This document shows, piece by piece, positions 40,400 to 55,561 of a stretch of DNA of 64,000 nucleotides (positions within the stretch are counted from its first letter, which is position 1; each line of letters opens with the position of its first letter). Source of the stretch: Octopus sinensis. Taxonomy: Eukaryota. The translations under genes and the position numbers were made by a program. The notes beneath the pieces are model-generated. The model worked only from the letters and a program-made list of their open reading frames with translations, did no database searches and was not told where the DNA came from. The DNA lies in the NCBI RefSeq assembly GCF_006345805.1, contig NC_043012.1:7502001-7566000 (forward strand), read 5' to 3'.

Positions 40400-40883
40400 C
40401 GTATTTAATATATATATATATATATGTGTGTGTGGGGGGGTGTCTGAGTATTTGTGTCTGTGATTGTCTATGTGTGTGTGTTTCTTCTTCTTCTTCTTCT
40501 TCTTCTTCTTCTTCTTCTTCTTCTTCTGCCTCTCTCGTTCATTCATTCATTCGATGTGTTTTTTTTCTTCATTTCGTTGCATATCATCATTCACCCTCCT
40601 CCTACACCCTCTAACTCAAGCACATCGCACAATCATAAACACCATCCGCATCACACTCATCATCATCATCATCATCATAAACACCATCCGCATCACACTT
40701 ATCATCATCATCATCATCATCATCATGTTCATCATCCTCATCCTCATCATGTTCATCATCATCATCATCCTCTCCTCCTCCTCCTCCTTCTCATCATCAT
40801 CATCATCATCATCATCTTCATCATCATTATCATTGTCATTACATCACGGTTTCCTCTCGTTGCGACCTGATATACATACATTT

Positions 40884-40942
<59 letters not shown>

Positions 40943-41298
40943 GGTAAACTCCCAAGATATATAAACCAACCGACCAACCGACCAGCAAGCTAGTCACCAA
41001 ACAAACCAACCAGCCTGACGACCAGCCTGAGGTAATACAAACATTCAACTGTTGTCATGGTTTGACAACTACAAAACATTAAGCTTTGGTTTGTCATTCT
41101 CATTCTGCTACTCTTACTACATATGTGTGCGTGTATGTGTGTGCGTGTCTGTGTATACACACATACATATATGTGTGCATGCATGTATGTATATATGTAC
41201 GTAAGTTTATATATATATATATATATTGGTAAAAACGGTAAGATAACAAAAGAAAGAGACCTCAATATTATGTAAATATATATATGTATGTATGTGTG

Positions 41299-41364
<66 letters not shown>

Positions 41365-41499
41365 TAGCGTTTTGGGGGAATAATTATTTTAATGATAATC
41401 CATCAAAAACACATCTCTACTCATTTTTTCAAATATACAATACTGTACCAAGAACTTTCTTTTTATTATTTAATTACATACATATAAGTATATATATAT

Positions 41500-41533
<34 letters not shown>

Positions 41534-41633
41534 GCATACATACATAATACACACAAGCGCAGGTGTGTACATGTCTGGAAATGGATTTGTGTGTGTGTGT
41601 TCATAAATATGTGTTCACATTTATGCATATGTG

Positions 41634-41672
<39 letters not shown>

Positions 41673-41805
41673 GCACACATACTCACAAGCACATTCATAT
41701 ATTGATGCATACATATGCATGCCTGCATAGACACATGCACAAACACACGCGTAAACCTAACAAAAACGACATATGGTAATGTACCTGTTCATTTCTGTAG
41801 TGGGA

Positions 41806-42189
41806 TGGAAGCACTCCGTCGGTTACGACGACGAGGGTTCCGGTTGATCCGAATCAACGGAACAGCCTGCTCGTGAAATTAACGTGTAAGTGGCTGAGCA
41901 CTCCACAGACACGTGTACCCTTAACGTAGTTCTCGGGGATATTCAGCGTGACACAGAGAGTGACAAGGCCGGCCCTTTGAAATACAGGTACAACAGAAAC
42001 AGGAAGTAAGAGTGAGAGAAAGTTGTGGTGAAAGAGTACAGCAGGGATCACCACCATCCCCTGCCGGAGCCTCGTGGAGCGTTAGGTGTTTTCGCTCAAT
42101 AAACACTCACAACGCCCGGTCTGGGAATCGAAACCGCGATACTATGACCGCGAGTCCGCTGCCCTAACCACTGGGCCATTGCGCCTCCA
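41806..42189 (-). mobile_element. SINE family 3 with TSD
   Basis: CATTTCTGTAGT at 41790-41801 and 42190-42201. Confidence 0.9.
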
Positions 42190-42719
42190 CATTTCTGTAG
42201 TATGCGCCAGTGGGTATGTGTGTATGTACATGTGTGCATCTGTGTATGTATGTATGTATGTATATATATGTGTATGTATGTATATATATATGTGTGTGTG
42301 TATGTGTGTGTATGCATATTTATATATACACGCACGCGCATAGATACATATATTAATATATATCCCAAATCGTAAGATCTTTAGATCTTATATATATATA
42401 TATTGGGTGTGCGTGTGTGTATGTATGTTTGTATACACACACACGCATACCTGTCTACATACATCTATATACATACAGGACTAGCCTCTCTGATGTTTTG
42501 TTCTTTTTTTTTTGTTTAGTCTTTCTTTTTTTTTTTTTTTTTCTTTTACTGCTTATATCTCAAGTGCTTTGGCCATGCGTATACATTTCAATGAAAGAAT
42601 TTTGTTTCTAGGCTAGAAATATACTTTCTCTCCATTGATGAAATTTTCGAAAAATAAAATCCGGGAAGTTGCTTAGAAACATGGCGTTTGTGGACTCGTT
42701 CATGAATTTGACTATTTAG

Positions 42720-43512
42720 AAGGCTGCGAGCTGGCAGAAACTTTAGCACGCCAGGCGAAATGCTTAGCGGTATTTCGTCTGCCAATACGTTCTGAGTTCA
42801 AATTCCGCCGAGGTCGACTTTGCTTTTCATCCTTTCGGGATCGATAAATTAAGTACCACTTACGCACTGGAGTCGATGTAATTGACTTAATCAGTTTGTC
42901 TGTCCTCGTTTGTCCTCTCTATGTTTAGCCCCTTGTGGACAATAAAGAAATAAGAAACGTTAGCACGCTGCGCGAAATGCTTAGCGGTATTTCGTCTGCC
43001 GTTACGTTCTGAGTTCAAATTCCGCCGAGGTCGACTTTGCCTTTCATCCTTTCGGGGTCGATTAAATAAGTACCAGTTACGTACTGGGGTCGATGTAATC
43101 GACTTTAGCCGTTTGTCTATCCTTGTTTGTTCTCTCTGTGTTTAGCTCTTTGTGGGTAGTAAAGAAATAGGTATTTCGTCTGCCGCTACGTTCTGAGTTC
43201 AAATTCCGCCGAGGTCGACTTTGTCTTTCATCCTTTCGGGGTCGATGAATTAAGTACCAGTTGCATACTGTGGTCGATCTAACCGACTGGCCCCTTCCCC
43301 AAAAATTTCGGACGTTGTGCCCGAAGTAGAAAAGAAGCATTAGCACGCCAGGTTAAATGCTTAGCGGCATTTCGTCTGTCTTTACGTTCTGAGTTCAGAT
43401 TCCGTGGAGGTCAACTTTACCTTTTATCCTTCCGGATGCGTACTGGGGTCGATCTAATCGACTGGCTCCCTCCCCAACAATTTCGGGCCTTGTACCTAGA
43501 GTAGAAAAGAAT
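42720..43512 (+). mobile_element. SINE family 1 tetramer
   Basis: Four head-truncated units with tails A, A, B, B. Confidence 0.85.
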
Positions 43513-43968
43513 ATGACTATTTGGCGCAGAAGAGGCACTAAAAACACTCACTAATATGAAAAATCTGAATCTTCTTCCTGGACTTTCTAGTCACCGAAGG
43601 ATGAAGGTCGCCTGGAGAATCATGAAATTAAATCCCTATCACTTATATTACGCTAATCTCCCTCACGGGTTAAAAATATACAGGAGTGGCAGGTTTTTGA
43701 TAGGCGCAGACCCATCTGATGCTCCAACCACTGCCACGAAGATCCACAGCTTATTTGTCGTTCGAAGAAGTCAATGTATTGCTGTGCGTTTGTGGACGGA
43801 CTAAAATTCAATGCATATAAACGTATGAACGTCGTAAATTTTTATAGAGAGAAACGATTGTGTGACATGGGTATGTATATATTCCCTTCTGGTCATTCCG
43901 AAATGTAACCACATGTGAATCGTTGGTGATTTTCTTCCTCCGTCTTCCCTTCTATTGGACCTTTCTCT

Positions 43969-44004
43969 GTTTCTGAAGAAGAGCGTTTGCTCGAAACGTT
44001 AAAC
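43969..44004 (+). ncRNA. Hammerhead-like motif in a Penelope-like relic (one extra A in the core)
   Basis: GUUU-CUGAAGA-A-GAGC(GUUU)GCUC-GAAA-CG-UU-AAAC. Confidence 0.45.
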
Positions 44005-44043
44005 CATCTTTCTTTCCTTCCCTGAGCATCTGCTAATACTTTA

Positions 44044-44480
44044 CAGTGATCCCTCGTTTATCGCGGTAGATTGGTTCCGAGACCGGCCGCAATAACTGAA
44101 TTTCCGCGAAGTAGGGACACCATATTTACAGTATTTATTTAACATATATTTGGACTAATAAAACCCTCTCTGTACTGATAACAACCCACCCATTACAGTA
44201 GTCTATTAATAACGAGGACAACTGTTAAGCAATAACACTTTAGATTTTTAAAAAATAAAGATTGTTACTGTTACACAGGCCAGATTACAAAATAGAAAGC
44301 TGTGATTCGTCGTCTCTCTCCGTTGCACCAATCACAGCCCGTCTTAAGTTCAAATACCCCTGTATAAGCTTTTTTGCTATTTTACGCTTGTTTTGTTGTT
44401 CCTAGACAAGGAAATAATATTTATTATTAATTATTAATATTTTAATGGATTTAATGAAAAATTTTAGGCGTTCATATATA
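44044..44480. mobile_element. Truncated pogo/Tigger-like MITE
   Basis: TA|CAGTGATCCCTCG terminus; the interior is the reverse complement of about 49660-49880. Confidence 0.7.
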
Positions 44481-46187
44481 TATATATATATATTTAAAAT
44501 CCGGACTTCATGGTTAGCTTCTAAACCATTCGTCCAGGCGGCATCCACGTATATAAGCAATTACCAAATAAAATATATGTCAATTTGTTCGTGGTTGTAT
44601 GGCAGCTACTAAAGTTGTTACTGTTGTTGTTGATGATGATGATGGGGTGATGGTGGTGGTGGTGGAAATGATGATGATGGTGTTGTGTTGGTGGTGACGA
44701 TGGTGATGATGATGATCATGGTGACGATGATGATGTTGATAATGATGATGATGAAGACGCCGACAACGAGGATGATAATGGTGGTTATGATGGTGGTGAT
44801 GGTGGTGATGATAGTGATACTGATGGTGGTGGTGTTAGTGGAGTGATGATGACGATGATGGTGAGATGATGGTGGCGGTGGTAGCGTTGGTGGTGATGTT
44901 CAAGATGATGACAACTGTAAGAACGAAGAACCATCACCACCACTACCACCACCACCACCACCACTACCACCACTACCACTACTACCATCACCACCACCAC
45001 CACCACCACCACCACCACTACCACTACTACCACCACCATGACGGACATAAGCAACAAGCTGCAGCTATCCTTCACGTTTGTTTCATAAACAGACGGTTTG
45101 TATCGATGTATCGATCAATCGATCGACCGACCCACCCACCCACCGACCACCCACCCACCGACCCACCCACCCACCGGCGACCGACAAACAAACAGTCCAC
45201 CAGCCACCACCACCACCACCACCACCACACTCCAACAATTTACCCGACACACCCGTCCACCCCGTCCGGTCGGTCTATTCCCCCCCCCCCGTTTTATATA
45301 CCCGTGCTGTTCTCGTGTCCATATAGACAGACACCCACCGGACGGACGGACGTAGAGGCCGCGACACCTAAATTTGGCTTCAGCGGGGTAGGAGTGAGAC
45401 GGAGAGAGAGAGGAAAGAGCGACAGGTAAAGAGGCCATGTGTCCATTATTAGCAGCGATGCGTATCGGGAAAAAGAGTTCATCTAAGCATGAATTATCTC
45501 CGCATGGGTGCACAGAGGGAGCTGCGAGAGGATCGAATATACAAAAGCATGATATAACAAATGGACACACGTTTTTGGTGCCCGTTGTTTGTTTGTTTGT
45601 ATGTTTGTTTGTTCGTTATTGTTATTATTTTTGTAAAGGGTAAAACATTGATTTCCCTTAAACATACATACATACATGCTTACATAAATACATACATACA
45701 TACATACATACATACATACGTACATACTTACATACATACGTGCACACATACATACATACATACCTACATACATACATACATACATACATACGTACACATA
45801 CTTACTACATACATACATGCATACATACATACAACATACATACATACTTACCATACATGCATACATACATAATGCATACATGCTACATCATGCATACATA
45901 CATGCATACATACATACATACATGCATACCATAATCATACATACATACATACACATGCATACATACATGCATCATGCATACATACATGCATACATACATA
46001 CATACAATACATACATACATACATACATGCATACATACATACATACGTACGTACATACGTACGTACATACATACATACATACATACATACATACATACAT
46101 ACATACATACATACATACGTACTTACATACATACACATACGTGCACACATGCACACACACAAATAGATGTAGAGAAAGAGAGAAAGG

Positions 46188-46218
<31 letters not shown>

Positions 46219-46314
46219 AGAGAGACAGTCCGACAGACATATAGGCAGACACACGGACATATAGATAGACAAACAGACATACAGACAGGCAGGCAGACAG
46301 AGAGCAAGAGGTGA

Positions 46315-47590
46315 TGAAGTCACGAAATGCTGTTTTTGCATCTTCGTCAGATTTTAAGTTTTTTCCATGCAAAATGTTGTCTAATACCTGGAAAACGTGA
46401 TGGTCAGTTGGTGCAAGGTCTGGTGAATTTGGTGGACGATAAAGTACTTGTAAGTTCAGTTCCTGTAACTTGAATAACGTTCTTTCAGCAACATATGGTC
46501 GAACATTGTCTTACAAGAAGATTGGCCTGTCTCTATTTCGATTATTTAACTGAAAGTTAACTCATCATTTCATCCAATTGGTTGATGTATACATCCGTTG
46601 TATTTGACTTACCAGGTCTCATAAAGTTGTAGTGCAGTGGTTCCCAACCTTTGTTATGCCCCTTACCCCTTAAGGTAATAATTTATATAAGAATAAAGGT
46701 GCCCGGGGCAATTGCCTTCTTTGACCCCTATAAATCCAGCCCTGCTTGCACCCTCTGGAATGCTATCTCGCACCCCCTGGGGGTGCGAATACCCCTGGTT
46801 GGGGAAACCCTGCTGTAGTAGATGACACTAGCGCTGGACCCCTAAGCAGGCACCCTCAGCCTGTTTAGGTGACTATTCTTTTTTTGGATTGTGTTTTGGC
46901 ACTTCGTCTCTATCCAACCACCGTGCAGAACGATTGCTATTGTTGAAAAGAATCCATTTTTCATCACACGTGACAATACGATGCAAAAATGCTTTTATGC
47001 CGTGACAGCAAAGAACAGCAAGTTTCAAGACGACATGTCATTTGATGCTCGTTCAGTTGATGTGGTACCCACTTGTCCAGCTTCTTTGCCTTGCCGATTT
47101 GTTTCAGATGGTCCAGTACAGTTAGAATCGAGACATCAAACCTTGCTGCTAAATCACGCGTAGTTTGAGATGTATCTGCTTCCACTACAGTTTCCAACTC
47201 ATCATTATCCACCCTGGTCTCAGGTCTACCACGGGACTGATCTTCAAGAGTAAAGTCACCAGACCGGAACTTCTCAAACCATCGATGTAGTGTGCTCATT
47301 CGCCACATCTTCACCAAACACTTCATTGATATTTCGAGCTATCTGGGATGCATTGGTTCCACAACGGAACTCATATTCATAAACAACACAAATTTTTTAT
47401 CTATCTATGGCTTCACAAAAATTGTTTTACAAGAGAAAACTCACAATATAATCAGACACCATGAATTGCATTTCGGAAAGTGATGATGTAACTCTTCAAT
47501 GTTGTAAAACAAAGAATTGTCAGGATAAAACATTAGAGTTAACGACTGTCAAACTTGGTGCATAAGAAAATCGGACATTTTATTCTTAAT
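46315..47590 (-). pseudogene. Decayed mariner transposase with a nested MITE
   Basis: RWFEKFRSGDFTLEDQSRGRP...WVPHQL (HTH and WVPHEL-like motif) and frameshifted SPDLAPTD...KNLKSDEDAKTAFRDF. Confidence 0.88.
46635..46812. mobile_element. hAT-like MITE inside the mariner relic
   Basis: TIRs CAGTGGTTCCCAACC / GGTTGGGGAAACCCTG; flanks share TGTAGT. Confidence 0.6.
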
Positions 47591-47831
47591 GACTTGGTAT
47601 ATATATGTAGTCCGGCCTACACTAAGTTTACTCAACAAAAGTTCACTTCGGCAGTATTGGAATCAGATGAAGAGGGACCCCAAGGCCGGTCCACAGCACG
47701 CTGGCAGGCGCCCGCAAAAAGATCGACTGCTTGGAACTGGCCAGGAGCTTGGGTCCACTGGGATGGTCGGCGACCCAGGTCGGTGACAAACACATATAAA
47801 GTGGGAATTTGTATATATATATTTGTGTGTG

Positions 47832-47888
<57 letters not shown>

Positions 47889-47994
47889 TACACACACACA
47901 CACACACATATATATATACACTCACGTATAACATATATACGTATGTACATATATTTATACGCACACACACACACATATATATATATATACATAC

Positions 47995-48031
<37 letters not shown>

Positions 48032-48162
48032 CATATACATATACATATACACACATATATATATATATACATATAAATATGCATATATATATATATGTAT
48101 ATATGTGTTCGTGTGTGTGTGTGTGTGTGGTATGTGTGTGTGGTGTGTGTGTGTGTGTGTGT

Positions 48163-48197
<35 letters not shown>

Positions 48198-48662
48198 GTA
48201 TATGCGTGCGTGTACTGACGTTTGCTGGTTCTAAAGTGGCAACAATTAAAAACATCTCATCCACCCATTGAAAAGAGATGCGTTCGTTCACTCACACTCA
48301 CACCAACACCCACCTTCCACTCACAACATCCACCTTCCACTCACCCACCTACACTCATGCATTCATCTTTAGCCATTAGCCATATACGACAAGTCTTTAC
48401 ATGAACCTTGCACCGACCCACACCCCCGCTACACCAATCAAGCCTGTTTTACTGAAATAGTACGGGTACATTTCAGATATACGACGTTTCATGGGTGGGA
48501 GTAAAGGTGTGGCGGGTAGGTGTGTGTGTGTGCACGTATTTTGTTCGAGTATACAATTGCACGTGAAGGCGTTTATTGAAAGGCCTGCTTTGAGATGATA
48601 CATATTCATCACGCGCATTCGAACACACACACGCACTAACACGAATATATACACGCATGATA

Positions 48663-48694
<32 letters not shown>

Positions 48695-49140
48695 TACACA
48701 CACACACACACATACACACACACACACACCACACCCACACACACACACCACACACACACACTCGCACACACATACACACACACACACACATAAGTATGTA
48801 TGTATATTATACATAAACGCACAATTATTCATCTGCATGTATACGTATGTATATATTATACGTGTGTACACACATACACACAAACACACACAAATGTATA
48901 CAAAATGTATTTCATATATGTCTATATATATGTATATTTATGTGCGCGTGTGTATATGCATGTATGTATATATATATATATTATATAATATATATATATA
49001 TATATAATATATTATGATATATATATATAATATACATATATATCATATATATATTATATATATGCATGTACACACATTCACATATTTTGCGTGTATGTAT
49101 ATACTGTATTGCTGTTGTGTATATATATAATATAATAATC

Positions 49141-49171
<31 letters not shown>

Positions 49172-49592
49172 GAGATAATTAATATATATATATTATACAT
49201 TGTATGTTTGCATGTTTGTGTACCCATATACATGCATGTATGCATGTGTGTGTGTGTGTGTGTTGTGTGTGTGTGTGTGTGAGTATACTTACACATGTGA
49301 GTGTGATTGTGCGAGGTCAGAGATCTGATAAGCAGAGCCCTATTACTAAGTAACCCTGTAAACCAATACAACCTGTGCACGTTCGAGCGCCAGTGGCGAC
49401 CCAACTCCGTATGGGGTGGGGATGACATTTTAAACACCCAGCTGGATGAAAACTGCGAAACTAGTCAAAGGACAGATGATATCAAGTCAATAAACCGTCA
49501 TCCAATATTTTGACATAACTGTATGAGCGTGATTATACGTGTAATAAGTAAATGCACGCGAAAAAGGATCCTTTTGTTTGAAATCCGCAATA

Positions 49593-50221
49593 CAGTGATC
49601 CCTCGCTACTTTCGCGGATCAACTATCGCGGATTCATGTCTTCGCGGATTTTTTAAATATGTATATGAACGCCTAAAATTTTTCATTAAATCCATTAAAA
49701 TATTAATAATTAATAATAAATATTATTTCCTAGTCTAGGAACGACAAAACAAGCGTAAAATAGCAAACAGCATATACAGGGATATTTGAACTTAAGACGG
49801 GCTGTGATTGGTGCAATGGAGAGAGGCGACGAATCTCGGCTTTCTATTTTGTAATCTGGCCTGTGTAACAGTAACAATCTTTATTTTTTTTAAATCTTAA
49901 TTTATCGACCCCGAAGGATGAAGGCAAAGTCGACCTCGGCGGATTTGAACCCACAACGTAACGACGAGGAAATACCTATTTCTTTATTACCCACAACGTA
50001 AACACAGAGGGGACAAACAAGACTACAGGTATTAAGTCGATTACATCGACCCCAGTGCGAACTGGTACTTAATTTATCGCCCACGAAAGGATTAAAGGCA
50101 GTCGACCTCGGCGGAATTTGAACTCATTTCGCGACCGAAATACTTGCATTTCGCCCGACGTGCTAACGTTTCTTCATCTCGCCTCGGAACCAATCTACCA
50201 CGTATAATCGAGGGATCACTG
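49593..50221. mobile_element. pogo/Tigger-like MITE with a nested family 1 SINE (about 49895-50185)
   Basis: TIRs CAGTGATCCCTCG / CGAGGGATCACTG, TA TSDs at 49591-49592 and 50222-50223. Confidence 0.82.
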
Positions 50222-50852
50222 TATTTCGTGGTCTCTGGTCATTTTGTACTCTTTGCATCATTTTTGTTTAAAGACTGTTGAATAGCTTCAGATATGTTGT
50301 GAGAGGTTCGCATGAGGCATAATCTCGTTTGTTACCTTCAAATTTGATTAAATTGTTGTTGTTTTTTTCTTTTTTTACTTCTTTGATTTTGACTTGTTTC
50401 GATCTTGGATTGAGGCCATACTGGAGGAACACCGACCTGAAACGTCAATCCGAACAAATCGACCACTAGTACTTGTTAGAAATTAAAGTCTGGTGCTTAG
50501 GTGCTTATTTTATCGGGGTTTTTGTTTTTGGCGGGGGGTGTTTTTGCTTTTACTGAACCGCTAGATTACGAGGACGAAAACAAACATTTACCGATCGTCA
50601 AGCAGTTGTGGAGTACAAACACAATCACGAAGAGACGCACACACACATACGTATATATGTATATTTGCATAGATGTGTAAATGTGTGTGTGTGTGTGTGC
50701 GTGTGTGTGTGTGTGTGTGTATGTGTGTTGTGTGTGTGTGTGTGTGTGTGATATTTTAATATAATCTGTGTAAAGATCTTATAGCGTGCGTTTCAAAGCT
50801 CCTTTCTAGTATCGGCCACCAAGTGCTGTCATTCTCTGGGACTTCTATCACT

Positions 50853-50989
50853 GGATAAAATGCATGCCGGATAAAATGCACGCCGGATAAAATGCATGCC
50901 GGATAAAATGCATGCCGGATAAAATGCATGCCGATAAAATGCATGCCGAATAAAATGCATGCCGGATAAAATGCATGCCGGATAAAATG
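50853..50989. repeat. 16-bp tandem repeat GGATAAAATGCATGCC, about 8.5 copies
   Basis: Directly visible array with minor variants. Confidence 0.95.
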
Positions 50990-51482
50990 GTGAGCGCCTT
51001 ATGATTCGAATTCAAATACCCGCAGGTTCGACTTTCGTCTTTCAGAGTCGATGAAATAAGTATTAGTTTAGCACTAAGGACCAAGGTCGATATAATCGAC
51101 TCTTCCCTACCCCGAAAAACCTCAGGTCCTCTGCATATAATAGAAAGTATGTGTGTGTGTGTGTATTCTTTTATACGTTTCAGCTCTAGAGCTGTAGCTA
51201 TGCTAGGGTACGGTCAGCGAAAATATACGACAAAATATCAGTGCCTCGGGTAAAGTTCGAACTCACAACCTCCGCATTCTTCATCCGTAACTCACACAGC
51301 GAAGGTACTGTGTATAAGTGCGGAATGCTAACTGATTGTGCCACTGGGACACATTATTTAAAATAGTTCGATTCGGCTCCTTGCGACTTAAAGTTTCGCG
51401 GGTCTCTGACATAAGATATGGAAGCCAAAGCAAACTTTTTAAATAATACATGTGTTGAATGACTTTTTCTTTCATTTTTCCA

Positions 51483-51546
<64 letters not shown>

Positions 51547-51571
51547 TACACACACATATATAGATACATAC

Positions 51572-51619
<48 letters not shown>

Positions 51620-51826
51620 ATATATGTATATATACATACACATATACATACGTATATATGTATATATATATGCATATATATATGCATATATAATGTACAT
51701 ATATATGTATATATATTTATGTATGTATATACATATATATGTGTGTATATATATGTATATATATATTGTGTGTATATATATGTATGTATGTATATATATA
51801 TATGCATATATGTATATTATACATAT

Positions 51827-51894
<68 letters not shown>

Positions 51895-52607
51895 TATATA
51901 ATATATATATATACATACTATATACATATACTCAATATAAATACCGTTAATAAGATAGGCTGTTTATAGCCATGACACATTTTTAGTCAAATTTCGAAAT
52001 TTTTCAAAAATTTAAAACCTATATTAACGGGTAGGACCAATTTGACGAAAGAATGAGCAGGAGTCCGGTAGCGAACCCGTGTCGTCGTCATTTTTGCGCA
52101 TGTGCGTAAATTGGCGAAATTTTACACTTTGGGGCAGATATCGTCAAATTGATGTCATGATAGCTTGTGCGAAAAAATGCCTAAATTTTGCTTGAGAAAT
52201 AAAATGCTCTCTCTTACCTAATCAAAATGTCGGGGATTTAAAACAACGAATTGAATTAGTAAGTTTTAGCAAATCGAAACAATTCGCATTGGAATGAAGA
52301 ATTAGCAAACGCTAAATAGATTACCGTTAATAAGCTCTGTCTGTGTATATCCATGAAACATTTCTCGTCAAATTTCGGCATTTTTTTGTCCAAATTGATG
52401 TCACGATGGCGAGCGCGAAAAATGCCGGAAATTTACGATTTTTGAAAAATCGATGTTGATTAAAAATCGATACTGATCAAATACCAATTTTTTACAAAAT
52501 TCCAAGTGCGAAAGTGACCGCATGGGCATAAGCCACGCACGTGGGTCAAGTTTCATCAAGGTTTCGGAAGAGTTAAAGTAACAAATTCACAAAGACACAA
52601 ACTTGCC

Positions 52608-52656
<49 letters not shown>

Positions 52657-52679
52657 TTAGTATTATATATATATATATC

Positions 52680-52986
52680 ACCGTGACCGACCAGGCTATC
52701 AGATGTTGCTACACATCGCTGGTCACAATGCGCTTAGCATTGGTTTGGTAGCCTTCGAATGACGTCACCCCGCGCTGGCTACGCGAGCAGGCCAACAGAA
52801 ACAAGAGTGAGAAAAAGTTGTGGCGAAAGAGTTCAGCAGGAATCGCCACCACCCTTTGCCAGAGCCTCGTGGAGCTTTTAGGTGTTTTCGCTCAATAAAC
52901 ACGCACAACGCCGCCCGGTCTGGGAATCGAAAGCGCGATCCTACGACCGCGAGTCCGCTGCCCTAACCTTGGGCTATTGCGCCTCC
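52680..52986 (-). mobile_element. SINE family 3 variant
   Basis: Family 3 head at about 52860-52986 with a different tail. Confidence 0.7.
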
Positions 52987-53101
52987 ACACACACACACAC
53001 ACACACAACACACCCACACCACACAATATATATATTATATATATATATATTGTGTGTGTGTATATATATATATATGGATATATATATATGATATATATAT
53101 G

Positions 53102-53160
<59 letters not shown>

Positions 53161-53176
53161 TATATATATGTATAAA

Positions 53177-53255
<79 letters not shown>

Positions 53256-53614
53256 GGGCAAATAAGAAAATGGAGAGGGTACGAAAACGACATACATCAA
53301 CCGGTAGACATTCTAGTATGTCTATTTATTCCAAAGTATTAGAAGTATTAGAGGAATACATACACATGTAATAACTGTGTCTTACACACACGTGTACTAA
53401 TATTATAGAAAAGAGCAAAGAGCAGATGACAGCAGGTGCTAGTTCCTACGCCGTTTCTGCGAAGACGTAACGAAATCCTCCATGCCATCTCCATCTCCTC
53501 AGTGTTCTGTAGGGATGGGCAGGTAAAGCTTGGATGACGAATGTGCCTCTAGGCTTCTTCAGAGGGTCTAAGTTGTTGGGAGGGTAATACATATAAGAAT
53601 ATAACAATATATAT

Positions 53615-53661
<47 letters not shown>

Positions 53662-53849
53662 TGTGTGTGTGTGTGTGTGTGTGTGTATTTATGTATGTAT
53701 ATATATATGTATGTATATATATCTAAAATATATATATATATATATATATATATTCACACACACACACATATATATAGATACATAGATATATATAGTGTAT
53801 GTATATATATATATATGTATATATGTGTATTATATATGTATATATATGT

Positions 53850-53905
<56 letters not shown>

Positions 53906-53938
53906 TAATATATATAGATAGATAGATAGATGATAGAT

Positions 53939-53973
<35 letters not shown>

Positions 53974-54207
53974 TGATAGATAGATATATACATACATACA
54001 TATAAATGACGCAGCACAGTTATTTAGAAAGCAAGTCTGGACACGCTTCTTTTATAGCAATAACGGTCCATCAGCGATCGGGTATAGGATGGCGAATATT
54101 TGATTCTGCCTGAGTGCCTGTCGGTAGAGACATAGAATCATAGGCGCACGCGCTCACACATACACGCATACATACATACATATGTGTGTGTATGTGTGTA
54201 TGTATAT

Positions 54208-54263
<56 letters not shown>

Positions 54264-54471
54264 TTGTAAAAAATGAAGTTCGAAAATGCTGCTGTATTAT
54301 ATAATTTTTAATTTTTATATATACATTATAACATGTTTCAGTTCCTGAAATGAACCTTATCAAAAAAAGTTATATATAAAAAAAGATAGCTCATGCCGTC
54401 AAACACAAGAAATTCATTTATAATACACAACGGAGTCAGACATCTTAGAGTTCATGTATAGTTGATATATA

Positions 54472-54620
54472 GACGTCATCAACTTGTTGACCAATCAGAA
54501 TCGGGTCTGACCCTTAGCTGTATCGTATGTATCAGGGTCAGATTTGCACGAAAGAATTTTTTTCCTTTTTTACTAAGGCATATTTCCGTCAGAGTGAGTG
54601 TCTGTTTGAAGCAGCGGCCG
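54472..54620 (+). promoter_or_regulatory. Possible promoter (CRE-like, CCAAT box, short inverted repeat) upstream of the SAMHD1-like cluster
   Basis: GACGTCA at 54472-54478, CCAAT at 54491-54495, TCTGACCCT/AGGGTCAGA inverted pair at 54506-54542, then a CpG-richer stretch. Motif evidence only. Confidence 0.25.
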
Positions 54621-54730
54621 TGGTGGAACCCCGCTTCTCCCTTTCGGAGGACTTATCTTTTGTTTTAGTATTCCTGGCCAGGGTGTTTAAACTTGGTCTA
54701 AATATATATATATATATATATATATCTATC

Positions 54731-54761
<31 letters not shown>

Positions 54762-54769
54762 TATATATA

Positions 54770-54806
<37 letters not shown>

Positions 54807-54828
54807 TATATATATATATATATATATA

Positions 54829-55228
54829 CTAGCAGTATCGCCCGGCGTTGCTCGGATTTGTAAGGGAAATAACTATAAAGCATTTTTAGAGAGTTATAGC
54901 CAAAAAATAGCAAAAAATGCATTAAAAATGGAAAAAAAAATTAAGGTAAATTTTTTATTAAATCGTTGACTCATCGTAGATATTTTTAGAGAGTTACTTC
55001 CCTCTATATTAAAAAAATATGCGTTAAAATGGAAAAAAATGATGTTAAATTATTTTTAAAATCGTAGACTCATCGTAAACGCGCGCTAATACCCAGAAGG
55101 GCTCGATATGAATCCCGACTATAAGATACCCGGTTTTGGTTAAACTGCATCGCAAAATGTGGGAGGAGTTAAGAATCTAAATCGTAGGAGACAGCCACTC
55201 ACACAACTTCACTTTTATATATATAACA
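54829..55228 (-). mobile_element. Non-autonomous Helitron H1
   Basis: Minus-strand 3' end is a GC-rich palindromic motif followed by CTAG|T. The 5' terminus reads TG instead of TC. Same family as 16646-17039. Confidence 0.85.
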
Positions 55229-55414
55229 TTACGCGCATACATTTACATACATCTATTCATTCACACAACACACCACACACACACAACACGCGCGCGCGCA
55301 TACATACACATGCACACACACACACACACATACATACACATGCACACGCGTATACATGTGTGAAACAACGGACTTTTCTGCGCAGAAGTTAAATCCGAAT
55401 GTGATACTTGTACG

Positions 55415-55463
<49 letters not shown>

Positions 55464-55464
55464 A

Positions 55465-55561
<97 letters not shown>

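Noticed and set aside
49373-49441. Phase-compatible candidate for the exon upstream of 19879 (GCLKCHPHPIRSWVATGARTCT)
   Set aside because: No W...CSxxCGxG motif and a weak donor; likely chance.
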